From Octopus sinensis (lineage: Eukaryota): DNA of 64,000 nt. Under the pieces are notes generated by a model. It had not been told where the DNA came from. It did no database searches and was given only the letters and a program-made list of their open reading frames with translations. The number at the start of each line of letters is the position of its first letter. Within the stretch, counting starts at the first letter, position 1. The DNA lies in NCBI RefSeq assembly GCF_006345805.1, contig NC_043003.1, positions 65,162,001 to 65,226,000 on the forward strand, written 5' to 3'. Positions 1 through 12,407 of the stretch are shown piece after piece. Made by a program: the position numbers and the translations under genes.

Positions 1-1560
1 ATCGCCATCGACACTGCCAACAACTGCCGTCGCTACCACTGCCATCGCCACCACCACCACCACCACCACCATCACCACCACCAACCGACGCTGACGCCAC
101 TAATACCGTCGTTACCATGTCCACCACCATCATCGTAAACTAAAACCATGGCAACAATAGCAATAACGTTAATAGGAAGAAGAACATGAAGAAATATATA
201 TTTTCCACCAATAATTACCAAAGAAAATAATAAGCAATCAATTTTCATTTATCAGATCAAGTGATTTTGTTTGTTTTTTTAAAAAAAAAATTTTTAATTC
301 CTTTTATTTTTGATTTTTTTTTTTTTTGTAATTTCAAATAGCTGAACAAAAATAAGAATTCCCCCTTGAGTAATAGGTTCATCGGTAGCAACATCATCAT
401 TATCATCATCGTCGTTGTCATCATCATCATCATCTCCATGAAGACTACAAGAAAGCAGGACCTCAAGCACCAGCGGCGACAGCAGCGTTACTACGTCCGA
501 CATTATTAATAATTGTGTTGCATGAAATATTATTAAAATTGATTTAATTTTGACAAATATTTGATTTGTGTTGTTGCTCATATTTTGGTTTGTTGCTGTT
601 GTTGTTGGTCGTGTTTTCGCTTGTTATTTCTGTTGTTGCCGCGGTCTTGTGATATTTTCTATTATTGTTACAGATGCTATTATCTTGTTTTTTTTTTCTG
701 TCAATTTTACGATCGATCTTGTTTCTGTTGTTGCTAATTTTAATTTTCTTGATAGCCTCGATAAACTGCTTTTGCTAACTTGAATTATTTCTTTTCGGCT
801 AGCCGCATTAAGCTGTTGTTGCTAATTTTGATTTTCTTGATAGCCACGATAAGCTGATGTTGTTAATCTTTCTTCGTAGCGCCGCTAAGTTGCTGTCGCT
901 AATTTTGATTTTATAGTTAGCCACGCTAAACTGTTGAGCTGCTGTTGCTAGCGTTAATTTTTTGCTTTTGCTAACCACATTAAGCTGCTGTCGCTAATTC
1001 TGATTTTCTGGTTGGCCACGATAAGCTCTTGTCAATTTTTTTGTTAGCACCGCTAAGCTGCCGTTGCTAGTTTTTATTTTCACACTACACTTGCTCCAGA
1101 TGTGGTTACGAACGATGTTAACGCGACATTGCCTTTAATAGTATGTTTACTACAGCTGTTATTGTTGCAATTCTTGCTGCTATTTTTGCAAAGTCAAGAC
1201 AACGACTGCAATGACGATGATGATGATGAGTTGCAATAGTGTTGCTAACGTTGTCAACCTGTTCTGACAATGCTGTTGCTGATTCAACCAGTTTAGGTGC
1301 GGGTATCGTCACTTCTACTGTTGTTGCTATTGCTGTTATCGCTGTTGTTATCGCCACAGTCGTTGCTATTGTTGCTATTGCTGACGTTGCCGTTACTTGT
1401 GATTTACAAGTCTACTTTTTACCGCTTCCTGTTTGTGTACTGCGGCCATGCTGTGTTGCTATGTTATTGCAACCGCTGTTGTTGTTGTTGTTGTTGTTAC
1501 TAATTGTGTTGCTATTACTGCTGTTGGTTTTCTTGTCAATATTTATATTTTTACTTGTTT
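1..1560. repeat. Low-complexity trinucleotide-rich region (CAC/CCA, GAT, GTT/GCT)
   Basis: Imperfect CAC, ATC, GTT and GCT runs. ORFs here are poly-T/V/L/D artefacts. Confidence 0.85.
733..1080. repeat. Degenerate minisatellite, 8 units of ~32-49 bp plus a partial ninth, with higher-order ABAC-ABAC organisation
   Basis: Units start at ~733, 774, 821, 862, 898, 947, 993, 1031, 1066. Each has gctaattt(t)gattt followed by a tagc-N3-gcta/gata motif and aagctg. Confidence 0.75.
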
Positions 1561-3393
1561 TGTTTACTTTTTCATGAAAAGTCATATTTGTTCAAAAAAT
1601 ATTGCTATATTTATTTTTCCTTTGTTAGCCATTTTCTCCCACGTCCTCTTCCCCACTTCCCCTTCCTCCACCCTCTTACTCTCTCCCTCTCTGTCTCATA
1701 TCAGTTTTCATTATTTTATTAAAATATTAAGAAAGAAAGCGATAGAAGTAATACAATTCTATTTGAAAAATGCCTGACAGCATGTCTGCCAAGCTTAATA
1801 GAACAAAAACAAAAAAATAAGGTCAGATATATAGTGTACGAATAATAACTAGTTTTAATAAAGATATTTATAGATTCTACGAATGAAATCGGCAGCTGAC
1901 AAATGGCTTAGGAATACTTTCTACTAGAGTATGTAAGTTCGATCCTAGGTTGCACCAAATGTATCGCTTTTTATAACACTGATACAATTAAGAAATGCCA
2001 AGTCAACCGTTTGCGTTTTCGCTACGTCTTTCTAGTAAATACGGGATGATTCCAAATGCCTTTAGCAGTACTATAATCTTTTCTACTCAAGGCACAAGGC
2101 CCTCCCTCCCTGGCAACTCCCATTTTCTCACTACAGTCATCACTCCTCTCCAGTGCATTCGTTAATCTTCCACCTCTGTCCGCTGTTGATTACTACAACT
2201 CAGGGATTCCAGGACAACTATTCTACTTTCTTAATAAAAGCGACAAAAACAGTGAACTTGACGTGCTGAGTGGAAAATCCGATATTTCAGACAGTCCTTC
2301 TCAAGGAAAAGTTCTCTCCTGTCAACTTGTCCACGAAGAACGACTATTTTCAAATTTCCGCTCCCCAGGGCAAGTCTACCGTACCATATTAGTCAATATA
2401 GCAAATAATTCATTTCTTACTAATACACTCCAAAACCAGTTTCTTTGGCCTCACATTGACTTTATAATCCATTCTCTAACCGATCATACAACCGGGGGTT
2501 TAAACTAGTTATGCTGAACAAATGGAAATGATTTTCACAATATAGTTCCATTTTTAGGATAATGATTATTCTCTCGTCTTTTCTCAATAATATTTTCCAA
2601 AATATATAAAGCAATCTATCAAAAAATATTTACAGCAAAATGGCAAGAACAGTGTTAAAATTCTTTTATGAATTTGATATACCATTTAAATGAGAAAGGG
2701 GCATCAGAACTACAGTGTAAATCAATAAAAAGACTGATCGATAGCTAATCGGATTACGAACAGATGAGGGTGTTGGTTTGTATGCTATCACCAATACAAT
2801 GCATTTTCTTAAAAAACCTGAATCAACTAGTTCCAAGAAAAATAGGTAACTGTTGCAGCGAAGAAAAAAAAGGGCGATAATGGAGATGCTTAAGTAAGTT
2901 ACATGCTTGGAGTGCCAAGTAACCAAAAAGCCTTCCTCTGGATACTTCGTGTTCTTCAGTTAGAGAATTTCTGCTTGCTTGAGAAATGAAAGGAAAGCTA
3001 ACAATGCGGTCCTACATATAATTATTTTTATCTGGTTAAATATTCTCATTTTTTTAGGTATTCTTGCCCATTCCTTGTTTATTTCTCGAATTGCGTACAC
3101 AAGATAAACCAATAATCTCTAAACCAGCACGTGACTGATGGGTAGGACAGTATGTCCGTTTTACTTTGGTGTCTCCGAGTTAGGACAAATTCAACGCGGC
3201 ATCGAACAACACTTTTTCACTTGCTCTATGTAGATGTCGATTCTTCAACACATTTTCTTTTGGTTTTATCCTCCTATCTGGCATTGGTTGAAAATATTCC
3301 AGTTTAAAGCTGTACTGTCTAATAAAGAATTCAATCGCTTTAGAAAACATGTCACGTTGTACGTGTTGCTGTTTTTCTTCGTACATTCCCATT

Positions 3394-3617
3394 AAACACA
3401 CTAACATCAGTTATCAAGTGATGGTGGGAGGACAAACACAGACACACAAATACTTGCATGTATATGCGACGAACTTCTTTCGGTTTCCGTCTAACAAATT
3501 TACTCACAGTGCTATGGTCGACCGGCGCCTATAGTAGAAGACACTTGCCCAAGGTGCCACGCAGTGGGACTGAACCCGGATCCATATGGTTTGGAAGCAA
3601 GTTTCTTAACACAGCCA
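3394..3617 (-). mobile_element. Octopus tRNA-derived SINE family A (OK/OR-like), 5' part
   Basis: Reverse complement of the head ggttcagtcccactgcgtggcaccttgggcaagtgtcttctactatag, shared with the full copies at 8999, 31343 and 62167. Confidence 0.85.
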
Positions 3618-3902
3618 TATTTCATTGAAAACAAAAAAAAAATATGATCTTAAATGTTGATCGTGATAAACAGGTTTTCATGGGAAAGAATGATTTAATG
3701 GGCCTTGTTTTCTGGGAATTCAATAATGAATGGAGCAATGGAAATATGGAAGTCGTTTCTAAAATTCAAATTACAAATCGTTACTATTTTGTTATTTAAA
3801 TTCCAATGATGGCATTTATTTCTTAGAAACCATCCCATTTTATAAAGAGAATTCATAGAATAAAATAAAAATAAAAATGCATACATACATATGTGTGTGA
3901 GT

Positions 3903-3905
<3 letters not shown>

Positions 3906-3960
<55 letters not shown>

Positions 3961-4010
3961 AGAGAGAGAGAGAGAGAGAGAGAGAAGAGAGAGAGAGGGA
4001 AGGAGAGAGA
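3906..4010. repeat. Compound (TA)n-(GA)n microsatellite
   Basis: Directly visible. Confidence 0.95.
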
Positions 4011-5339
4011 CTTAGGCAAAAATCTACTTCTTCAGTAAATGTTTCAACTAAACATTCACTTAACAACAAACACGTGTTCTTACCATCCTATTTACATGTA
4101 CTTTTACCAATTTTAACGGGTCAATGTAAAGAATTGTCAATATTGTGCTTTCTGCTTGATGGGTTTGGGACAAAATACATCAGGGAAATTTCAGTGATTC
4201 ATTAAATTTATTTCTGTTCTAGAGAAACATTTATTAGCTTCAATTCGAGTTCTGCTTGTCAAAAGCAAATATTTAATGTATATATTAAATGCATACGTAT
4301 AACAATTTCTTGCACGGCACATTTCAAATATTTATTTGCTTATCAACATATCAACGAACTTATGCAAGTTACGTGTGTGTGTGCGTGTGCGCAGGCGTAT
4401 ATGTGCATGTACGTACGTGCCTGCCTGTGTATGTGCATGTAAAGGTATCATAGTATTTGTGTGTGTGTGTGTGTGTGTATGAATGTGTGTATAAATATGT
4501 ATAAAGAGTTAATGAATTTTTTTCCTTATTTAATAAATAGCCATTTACTTTTTAATGGGAATTCAACAAATATGGAGGCAACAATATAAATCGTTGTAGT
4601 GTTTCATTTTTTTTCTTTCTCCCCTACGTGATAAATCATCATTTGACGAATATTCTAAATGAATAAATATGTATTCTAGCTGGTAATATTTCTGGTTGAA
4701 AATGTCTGAAAAAGATTCATCTTACATCATTTCGTTTAATATATATATGTATATATATATCACTCGTCATCATGAATTATTTTCTGATAGAGTTATATCT
4801 CTGTAAGCAGAATATATCTCAAGATCAGGTAAGAATATTTAGGAAACTGGTTTAGACACTTTTTCCGAGTTGCTTCCTTTGTAAAATAATAAAACGCAAG
4901 AAATATTTAGCAACAGATGTAATCTATAGCTTAATAAAAGGTGTAAAAGAAATCAATCGATATACTGATAAATAATCTATTCGGTCATATTTATCATGGT
5001 GACCTTTGTTGAGCGGCAAAGATTTACAAAGTTAATGATAAGAAGTGTATGAAAGACATCGAAGTCATTTAACGTATATTGATCAGTAAAAACAAATACT
5101 AATGGTGAGGGAAGGTGTGTCCCTTAGAGTCCTAGAAGGACTACAAGAATTTGGCGAAGATTGGAACCATAGTTACATTACAATGAAATTTCAACTGGAA
5201 GTTTGAAGTAGGAATAAGAAGGTGGCGTAGAGAAGTACACAAAAGAAATTGTTTCAAAGACTTTTAGTGAACCGTTAATTCCTTCACATTTTTTCTCTCT
5301 GTCTTTTTTTCTTTTCTTTTTACAGTCGCTCTTCTTTAT

Positions 5340-5485
5340 TTTTTCTATTCAATCCTTTCTGTGGAAGAACGTAGACTCGAAACGTCAAAGACTTTTCCAT
5401 TCTTCTCGAGCGTTAAATTAATGCACCTGCTTGTTGTTCCTTCACCCGTCTTCGTCTTTTGTTTTCTGTAAACTTGAACTATATA
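5340..5485 (+). mobile_element. Penelope-type repeat fragment with degenerate hammerhead motif (5355-5390)
   Basis: Similar to 23140-23275 (ctgtNgaagaNcgtagNNtcgaaacgtcaaagact...cttgttgtt...gtcttcgtc...tgttttctgtaaa). Helix II is mismatched in this copy. Confidence 0.6.
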
Positions 5486-6585
5486 TTCATCTATGCGTTT
5501 CCACGCTCCTTGGCACACGCATACAGAAACATACGCACGCACACTTAACTATAAAATAGATTTTGCAAATAAAATATAATATCGTATTCAGATATCAACA
5601 TCCCCTTCATATATATATTGCAGGATATTAAATGATTGAGCTAATTGTAATACTAACATTTAACCGTCCAAATATTCCTGAAAACTAGAAGATAATCTCT
5701 ACGTACAGTTATTAAAAGAAATACATGTTCTTTACCTTAGCAACCACATTTGGAGGAAGAGAGGTTTTATATGCAATGCGTTCTGTTACGATTATCAGTG
5801 AGACAGTGATTGGCGAGATAATGCGTTATCGTTTAATCTAGGGTTCTATTTATGCTACACACACACAGATTATTATTATAAAGCATAACTATTCCTATTT
5901 ATGGATGTCTATGCTTGTGATATTTTTTGTATCACGGAACGGTAATTATGCTAACAATGAACAAAATGTGAATTTTGCATTTGACGAATTGTCTAATCGA
6001 TTTCTTGATTAATCGTTTGGTTAATCAATTAATTATGGTTTATCAAAGCTCTTTCGTCGCCTTTTCGACCTCCTCTATGACACCTCTCAACTCCAGCTCT
6101 GATTCAGGCGTGTTTATCTCCTTACCTTAATAGTTACAAACAAATATCACTCGATTACATGGAACCCAGATCTAGTCTGCAACATCATTTCATCGGCTCC
6201 AGAGAGGAGAAATGAAAATTCACACTGGCCGGATGTAAACACTGAAACTAAAAAAAAAAAAAAATTTTTTAAAGCGGAAGCCATTCCGCAATGAATTTCT
6301 CTCGATGCCCGAGTGATTCTGGCAATGCAGCGCCTTAGTAACTAGGTAAGTAAATACCTACTACTAACGGAAGTATTGATATTATTGATATGAGTATTGC
6401 CATTATTGAATGAGTAAAATCTTTGTGTATTAGTCACAGTATTTTCATTTGTAGTTTCAATTCTGTGTGACTCCAGACATTCCCTTTGGCTAGGCATCCA
6501 ACTGAAAGTAGACCATCCGTTCTTTTTACACAGCATAAATAATGTTTATAAAAAGGATACATATAAACTCGTTAATATGTATGTA

Positions 6586-6716
<131 letters not shown>

Positions 6717-6801
6717 ATATATATATAAATATAGTGTACATTTAAATACATAAGACATCATAGGACACCTAACACGGCAGAAGGAGTAGCCAAAATCCAA
6801 A

Positions 6802-6840
<39 letters not shown>

Positions 6841-7158
6841 AAAAGATCTCAGAATTTTAATTGATTTGCTTTTCGCAGGAAGGAAGTTTCTTCGAAGATA
6901 CGTCTCGCTTTTATCCTTCGAAACGTAGAGTAGATGAAATCTTAGCGACTGAAGAAGGGTTTTTTTCGTTGTGCTCATTGTCCTGTACTCCCCCTTTTTT
7001 TCTTGTCCTGTTCCTTGGTTTGTGTCTTGTTTTTCGTCTCTCTATGTGTTCGACGTCTTTTTGGTGTCCTGTACACATATATCCGTGATATGTACATGTA
7101 GAGGTAGGTACTACATATATGTTTATATATATGCATATGTTCTTTTTAACATATATCT

Positions 7159-7212
<54 letters not shown>

Positions 7213-7213
7213 G

Positions 7214-7277
<64 letters not shown>

Positions 7278-7321
7278 TATATAACATATATATATATTAT
7301 ATATCTATAGATATATATAAT

Positions 7322-7530
7322 ATGTGCGTGTATGTGGGGTGTCTGTGTTTGTCCCCCTAGCATTGCTTGAAACGGATGCTGGTGTGTTTATGTCCCCGTC
7401 ACCTAGCGGTTCGGCAAATGAGACCGATAGAATAAGTACTGGGCTTACAAAGAATAAGTTGGGTCGATTGCTCGACTAAGGTGGTGCTCCAGCATGGCCG
7501 CAGTCAACTGACTGAAACAAATAAAGGAGT
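7322..7530 (+). mobile_element. SINE family A, 3' half
   Basis: tgtctgtgtttgtcccc...ggtgctccagcatggccgcagtc..tgactgaaac tail. Confidence 0.9.
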
Positions 7531-7598
7531 ATATATATATATATATTATATATATAATATCTAATATATGAGATATATGTATATATATATATATATAA

Positions 7599-7633
<35 letters not shown>

Positions 7634-7662
7634 TATATATATATATATATAATATTATACAG

Positions 7663-7702
<40 letters not shown>

Positions 7703-7730
7703 TAATATATATACATATATATATTATTAT

Positions 7731-7808
7731 ATATATATTACTCTTTTATTTGTTTCAGTCAGTTGAATGCGGCCATGCTGTCAACTGACTGAAACAAATA
7801 AAAGAGTA

Positions 7809-7816
<8 letters not shown>
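7731..7816. repeat. 36-bp-arm perfect hairpin made of the SINE-A 3' end, embedded in (TA)n
   Basis: Arms 7731-7766 and 7781-7816 are exact reverse complements, with a 14-nt loop atgcggccatgctg. Confidence 0.9.
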
Positions 7817-7841
<25 letters not shown>

Positions 7842-7870
7842 ATATGTATATATATGTATATATATATATA

Positions 7871-7912
<42 letters not shown>

Positions 7913-7930
7913 TAATATATATATATATTA

Positions 7931-8306
7931 CTCTTTTATTGTTTCAGTCAGTTGACTGCGGCATGCTGGAGCACCACCTTTAGTCGAGCAACTCAACCCC
8001 AGGACTTATTTTTTGTAAGCCAGTACTTATTCTATCGGTCTCTTTTGCCGAACCGCTAGGTGACGGGGACATAAACACACCAGCATCCGTTGTCAAGCAA
8101 TGCTAGTGGGACAACACCAGACACACAAACATACACGCACATATATATATACATATATACGACGGGCTTCTTTCAGTTTCCGTCTACAAATCCACTCACA
8201 AGGCTTTGGTCGGCCCGAGGCTATAGTAGAAGACACTTGCCCAAGGTGCCACGCAGTGGGACTGAACCCGGAACCATGTGGCTGGTAAGCAAGCTACTTA
8301 CCACAC
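7931..8306 (-). mobile_element. SINE family A, near full length
   Basis: Tail, body, internal microsatellite and tRNA-like head all present on the minus strand. Confidence 0.9.
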
Positions 8307-8310
8307 GGTA

Positions 8311-8514
8311 AGTGTCTATGTTTGTCCCCCCAACATCGCTTGACAACCGATGTTGGTGTGTCTACGTCCCTGTAACTTAGCGGTTCGGCAAAAAAGAGTC
8401 CGATAAAATAAGTACTAGGCTTACAAAGAATAAGTCCTGGGGTCGAGTTGCTCGACTAAAGGCGGTGCTCCAGCATGGCCACATTCAAATGACTGAAACA
8501 AGTAAAAGAGTAAA
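8311..8514 (+). mobile_element. SINE family A, 3' half
   Basis: Same body and tail motifs as the other family A copies. Confidence 0.9.
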
Positions 8515-8998
8515 GGATAGAGACGGAAATACATATACACACAAGCACACACTCACACATACATACACAGAAACACACATATGCACACACATATGTAATG
8601 TGTATATATCTCATACATGTTTGAATGTGTGAATTTATATATACGCAAAAATATCTACGCCTACAAATCTGAGATATACGAAGTATATGTCTATCTATAA
8701 ATGTATTCGTGTCGTTGTGTAAACATTTTAATAATTTCTAATCAACATTACTTGTATTAATCTTAAATTGGTTTCTATTTATGTATGTATTTATGTGTTA
8801 TGTTTCTGTGTACATAACATATGCGTGTATGTATGTGTGTGTTTGTGAGTATATTTGTGAGGGAGGGAGAGTGTTTGTGTGTATGTGTGTGTGTATGTGC
8901 GTGTGTGTGTATGTGCATGTCTGTCTTTGCTTCATTTAATACGCAGATTTCTTGTTATTTCATTTAAATGCTATTTTAGAAAAGAAAAGTTCAAGAAT

Positions 8999-9670
8999 GC
9001 AGGAGTGGCTGTGTGGCAAGTAGCTTGCCTACCAACCACATGGTTCTGGGTTCAGTCCCACTGCGTGGCACCTTGGGCAAGTGTCTTTTACTATAGCCTC
9101 GGGCCGACCAAAGCCTTGTGAGTGGATTTGGTAGACGGAAACTGAAAGAAGCCCGTCGTATATATGTATATATATATGTGCATGTATGTTTGTGTGTCTC
9201 TGTTTGTCTCCCTAGCATTGCTTGACAACGGATGCTGGTGTGTTTATGTCCCCGTCACCTAGCGGTTCGGCAAAAGAGACCGATAAGTACTGGGCTTACA
9301 AAGAATAAGTCCTGGGGTCGAGTTGCTCGACTAAAGGTGGTGCTCCAGCATGGCCGCAGTCAAGACCTTGAGCAAGTGTCTTCTACTATAGCCTCGGGCC
9401 GACCGAAGCTTTGTCAGTGGATTTGGTAGACAGAAACGGCGTATATATCTATATATATATATATGTATGTACGTGTGTGTATAGTTTGTGTGTTTGTGTT
9501 TATACCCCCAGCATCGCTTGACAACCGATGCTGGTGTGTTTACGTCGGCAAAAGAGACCGATAGAATAAGTACCAGGCTTACAAAGAATAAGTCCTCGGG
9601 TCAATTTGCTCGACTAAAGGCGGTGCTCCAGCATGGCCGCACTCAAATGATTGAAACAAATAAAAGAGAG
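8999..9670 (+). mobile_element. SINE family A tandem: full copy (8999-9363) fused to a head-less copy (9364-9670)
   Basis: gcaggagtggctgtgtgg head with B-box-like ggttcagtccc. At 9364 the sequence restarts at gaccttgagcaagtgtcttc. Confidence 0.9.
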
Positions 9671-9992
9671 TATCTCCAGATATTCACATCTTCATTTTCA
9701 TGAGTTGAATATACTTCCCGGATGTGATTTTATATATTGGTTAGATTTATATAGGCTTTCATTTCAAAGGTTTTAGACTGTTTGTACTTTGGGGTGGCTT
9801 TCCATCCTATATATCAGAACATTAGAATAAAAAAAGGTGCAAGAATATGCATGAACAGCGTGGCCAAATAGTTAAGACAACCACTTCCCAACTACAATAT
9901 ACTGATTTCAATCCTACTTCATAATCTCTTCGGCGGATTTATTTACTAAACTCATCAACAATATCTACGGGTGTACCTTTTAAACATTTAAA

Positions 9993-10338
9993 ACTCGCGG
10001 TCATAGGATCGCGGTTTCGATTCCCAGACCGGGCGTTGTGAGTGTTTATTGAGCGAAAACACCTAAAAGCTCCACGAGGCTCCGGCAGGAGATGGTGGTG
10101 ATCCCTGCTGTACTCTTTCACCACAACTTTCTCTCACTCTTACTTCCTGTTTCTGTTGTACCTGTATTTCAAGGGGCCGACCTTGTCACTCTCTGTGTCA
10201 CGCTGAATATCCCCGAGAACTACGTTAAGGGTGCACGTGTCTGTGGAGTGCTCAGCCACTTACACGTTAATTTCACGAGCAGGCTGTTCCGTTGATTCGG
10301 ATCAACCGGAACCCTCATCGTCGTAACCGACGGAGTGC
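9993..10338 (+). mobile_element. tRNA-derived SINE family C
   Basis: B box ggtttcgattcc. 3' part (gtcacgctgaat...gtgtctgtggagtgctcagcc...tcgtcgtaaccgacggagtgc) is shared with the copies at 26546 and 48005. Confidence 0.8.
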
Positions 10339-10762
10339 TTCTTTTAAGCATTTAAACCTGCTGTGTAAATCTACGCAAGTGGAAGGCAGTCAAATTCTTT
10401 CTTATTTGCTTATATACTCCAACCAGACTGAAACTAGAATCCTCCCTTGCTGCTGCTTTGAACTAGTAACACGTACGCATTTATACACCTCATTGCTTTC
10501 AGCTGTCACGCCGTAGTATATTCACAATGTTCTTGGGGGAATAGGTTTAGATAGGCTGTAGATATTTTATATGTTAAATTCAACCATGCATCTGGCCGGT
10601 TGTTCTTTACCATGTAAGTGGTCTGTGTGTGTGGAGAGGTACCAATTATGTGTCAGCCAGAGCTAGCCAGTGTGGTATGCCAATATCCCCTCTGAGAGCT
10701 TTCTGGTACAGGCTAAGATGCGGTCGGTAGAAGGTCAGCTTTTGTACCAATATCCCAAATAT

Positions 10763-10997
10763 CTTTTATCTTTTTCTTGTTTCAGTCATTTTAACTGCGG
10801 TCATGATGGGGTAAAACCTTGAAGGGTTTTAGTCCAGCAAGTCAAACCCAGGCTTTATCATATTTTTTTTTAGCTTTGTACTTATTCTATTGGTCTCTTT
10901 TGCCGAATCACTAAGTTACGAAGACGTAAACACACCAACACGGGTTGTCAAACTGTGGGAGAGTGAAACACGAGGGACACACACACATATATGTATA

Positions 10998-11042
<45 letters not shown>

Positions 11043-11440
11043 CAAAGGAATTCCAACTCTGCTTTTTTTTTGTTTTATTTATATTTTTATAATATTAGTG
11101 TAGAATATAGAATATATAGTATAAATAGTATATATAGTAAAATGAAATGAAGTATTGATTGTCTTATTGGATAGATGAAATATTGAATATCAAATATTAA
11201 GGGACTAGTATACTTTCTTGCATTTTAGCTGTCTTCAAGGTCCCAGGTTGTGACAGGAATGTTTCAACTATATCCATATACATATACGACAGGCTTCTTT
11301 CAGTTTCTGTCTATCAAATCCTTTCACAATGCTTTAGTCGGCCTGAGGCTTTAGAAGAAAGCATTTGTCCAAGATACTATGCAGTGGGACTGAACCCGGA
11401 GCCATGTGGTTGGAAAGCAAACACCTTACCACGCATCCAC
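10763..11440 (-). mobile_element. SINE family A split by a (TA)n tract and a ~240-bp unrelated insert
   Basis: 3' half at 10763-10985 and 5' half at 11280-11440 are colinear. Confidence 0.75.
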
Positions 11441-11944
11441 ATTCACTGGTGAATGTGATGAGTGTTGAACAAATCTTGAAATTTATCAAGATAATTTTTT
11501 TTTTTTGTACGAAAAAGTAGCAAAATGTGTTTCACAGCTGAGTAATTAACAGCTTCGTTTCAAACAAGGCCTTATTCTGCTGGAGAGCTTGTGTAGAATG
11601 TTTCCTACTGTGCACACACAATACTAATCTCAAGTACTATAATGTCAACTTTTACACAAACCTCATATGCATATTTATAAACACACCCAAGAATGAATTT
11701 AGCTTAATCATCAAGTTTATTATTGGTTGGATTTATCTGAAGATTGGATACTCTACATGTTTAAGCACACTTGAAAAGCTGTACCTCTGTTCTTAAATTG
11801 CTCAATTACATAGAGAAGAACTTAGTTTATAGATTTTCATAATTTGAAATGCTTAAATACTTCCTTCTTAAATACTAGGATACATCAACCAATATCGGTG
11901 ACTTCGATGGCGGAAATATTGGCGGATATATTCAGAAAATAACC

Positions 11945-12372
11945 CTTTCCACTATAGACAGAAGGCCTGGAATTTGAGCGGGGTAGTCGATTAGATCGAC
12001 CCCAGTACGCAACTGGTACTTAATTTATCGACCTTCAAAGGATGAAAGGCAAAGTCGACCTCGGTGGAATTTGAACTCAGAACGTAGCAGCAGACGAAAT
12101 TAAGTATCACTTATGCACTGGGGTCGATATAATCGACTTAATACCTTTGTCTGTCCTTGTTTTTCCTCTCTATGTTTCGCCCCTTGTGGGTAATAAAGAA
12201 ATAGGTATTTCGTCTGTCTTTACGTTCTGAGTTCAAATTCAGCCGAGGTCGACTTTGCCTTTCATTCTTTCAAGGTCGATAAATTAAAGTACCAGTCAAG
12301 TACTGAGGTCGATCTAATTGACTGGCACCCTCCCCCAAAATTTCGGGCCTTCTGCCTAGAGTAGAAAAGAAT
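11945..12372. mobile_element. SINE family B (Nin/Deu-like core): minus copy 11945-12100 abutting plus copy 12101-12372
   Basis: Core gaggtcgactttgcctttcatcctttcggggtcgataaattaagtaccagt occurs in both orientations. Confidence 0.85.
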
Positions 12373-12407
12373 ATTAATGTAATAAAGACGGCGAGCTGGC
12401 AGAAATG

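Noticed and set aside
257-1777. ORFs rich in poly-D, T, V, L
   Set aside because: They are translations of trinucleotide low-complexity DNA in several overlapping frames, with no domain signature.
2263-2508. ORF ending in ...HSLTDHTTGGLN*, faintly like the Penelope GIY-YIG C-terminus
   Set aside because: Only the terminal GLN matches. No GIY/YIG or other conserved residues are recognisable.
3180-3318. Minus-strand frame QYSFKLEYFQPMPDRRIKPKENVLKNRHLHRASEKVLFDAALNLS* after an AG
   Set aside because: Plausible composition but no recognisable homology or linked exon. Indistinguishable from chance.
6838-7085. Repeat with cttcgaaacg and ctgaagaagg motifs suggestive of a hammerhead
   Set aside because: The core halves are in the wrong order or lack pairing helices. 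It cannot be folded into a hammerhead.
8999-9075. tRNA-like sequences at SINE heads (also 61400-61460)
   Set aside because: They have A/B boxes but no complete cloverleaf or acceptor stem, and continue into SINE bodies. They are not tRNA genes.
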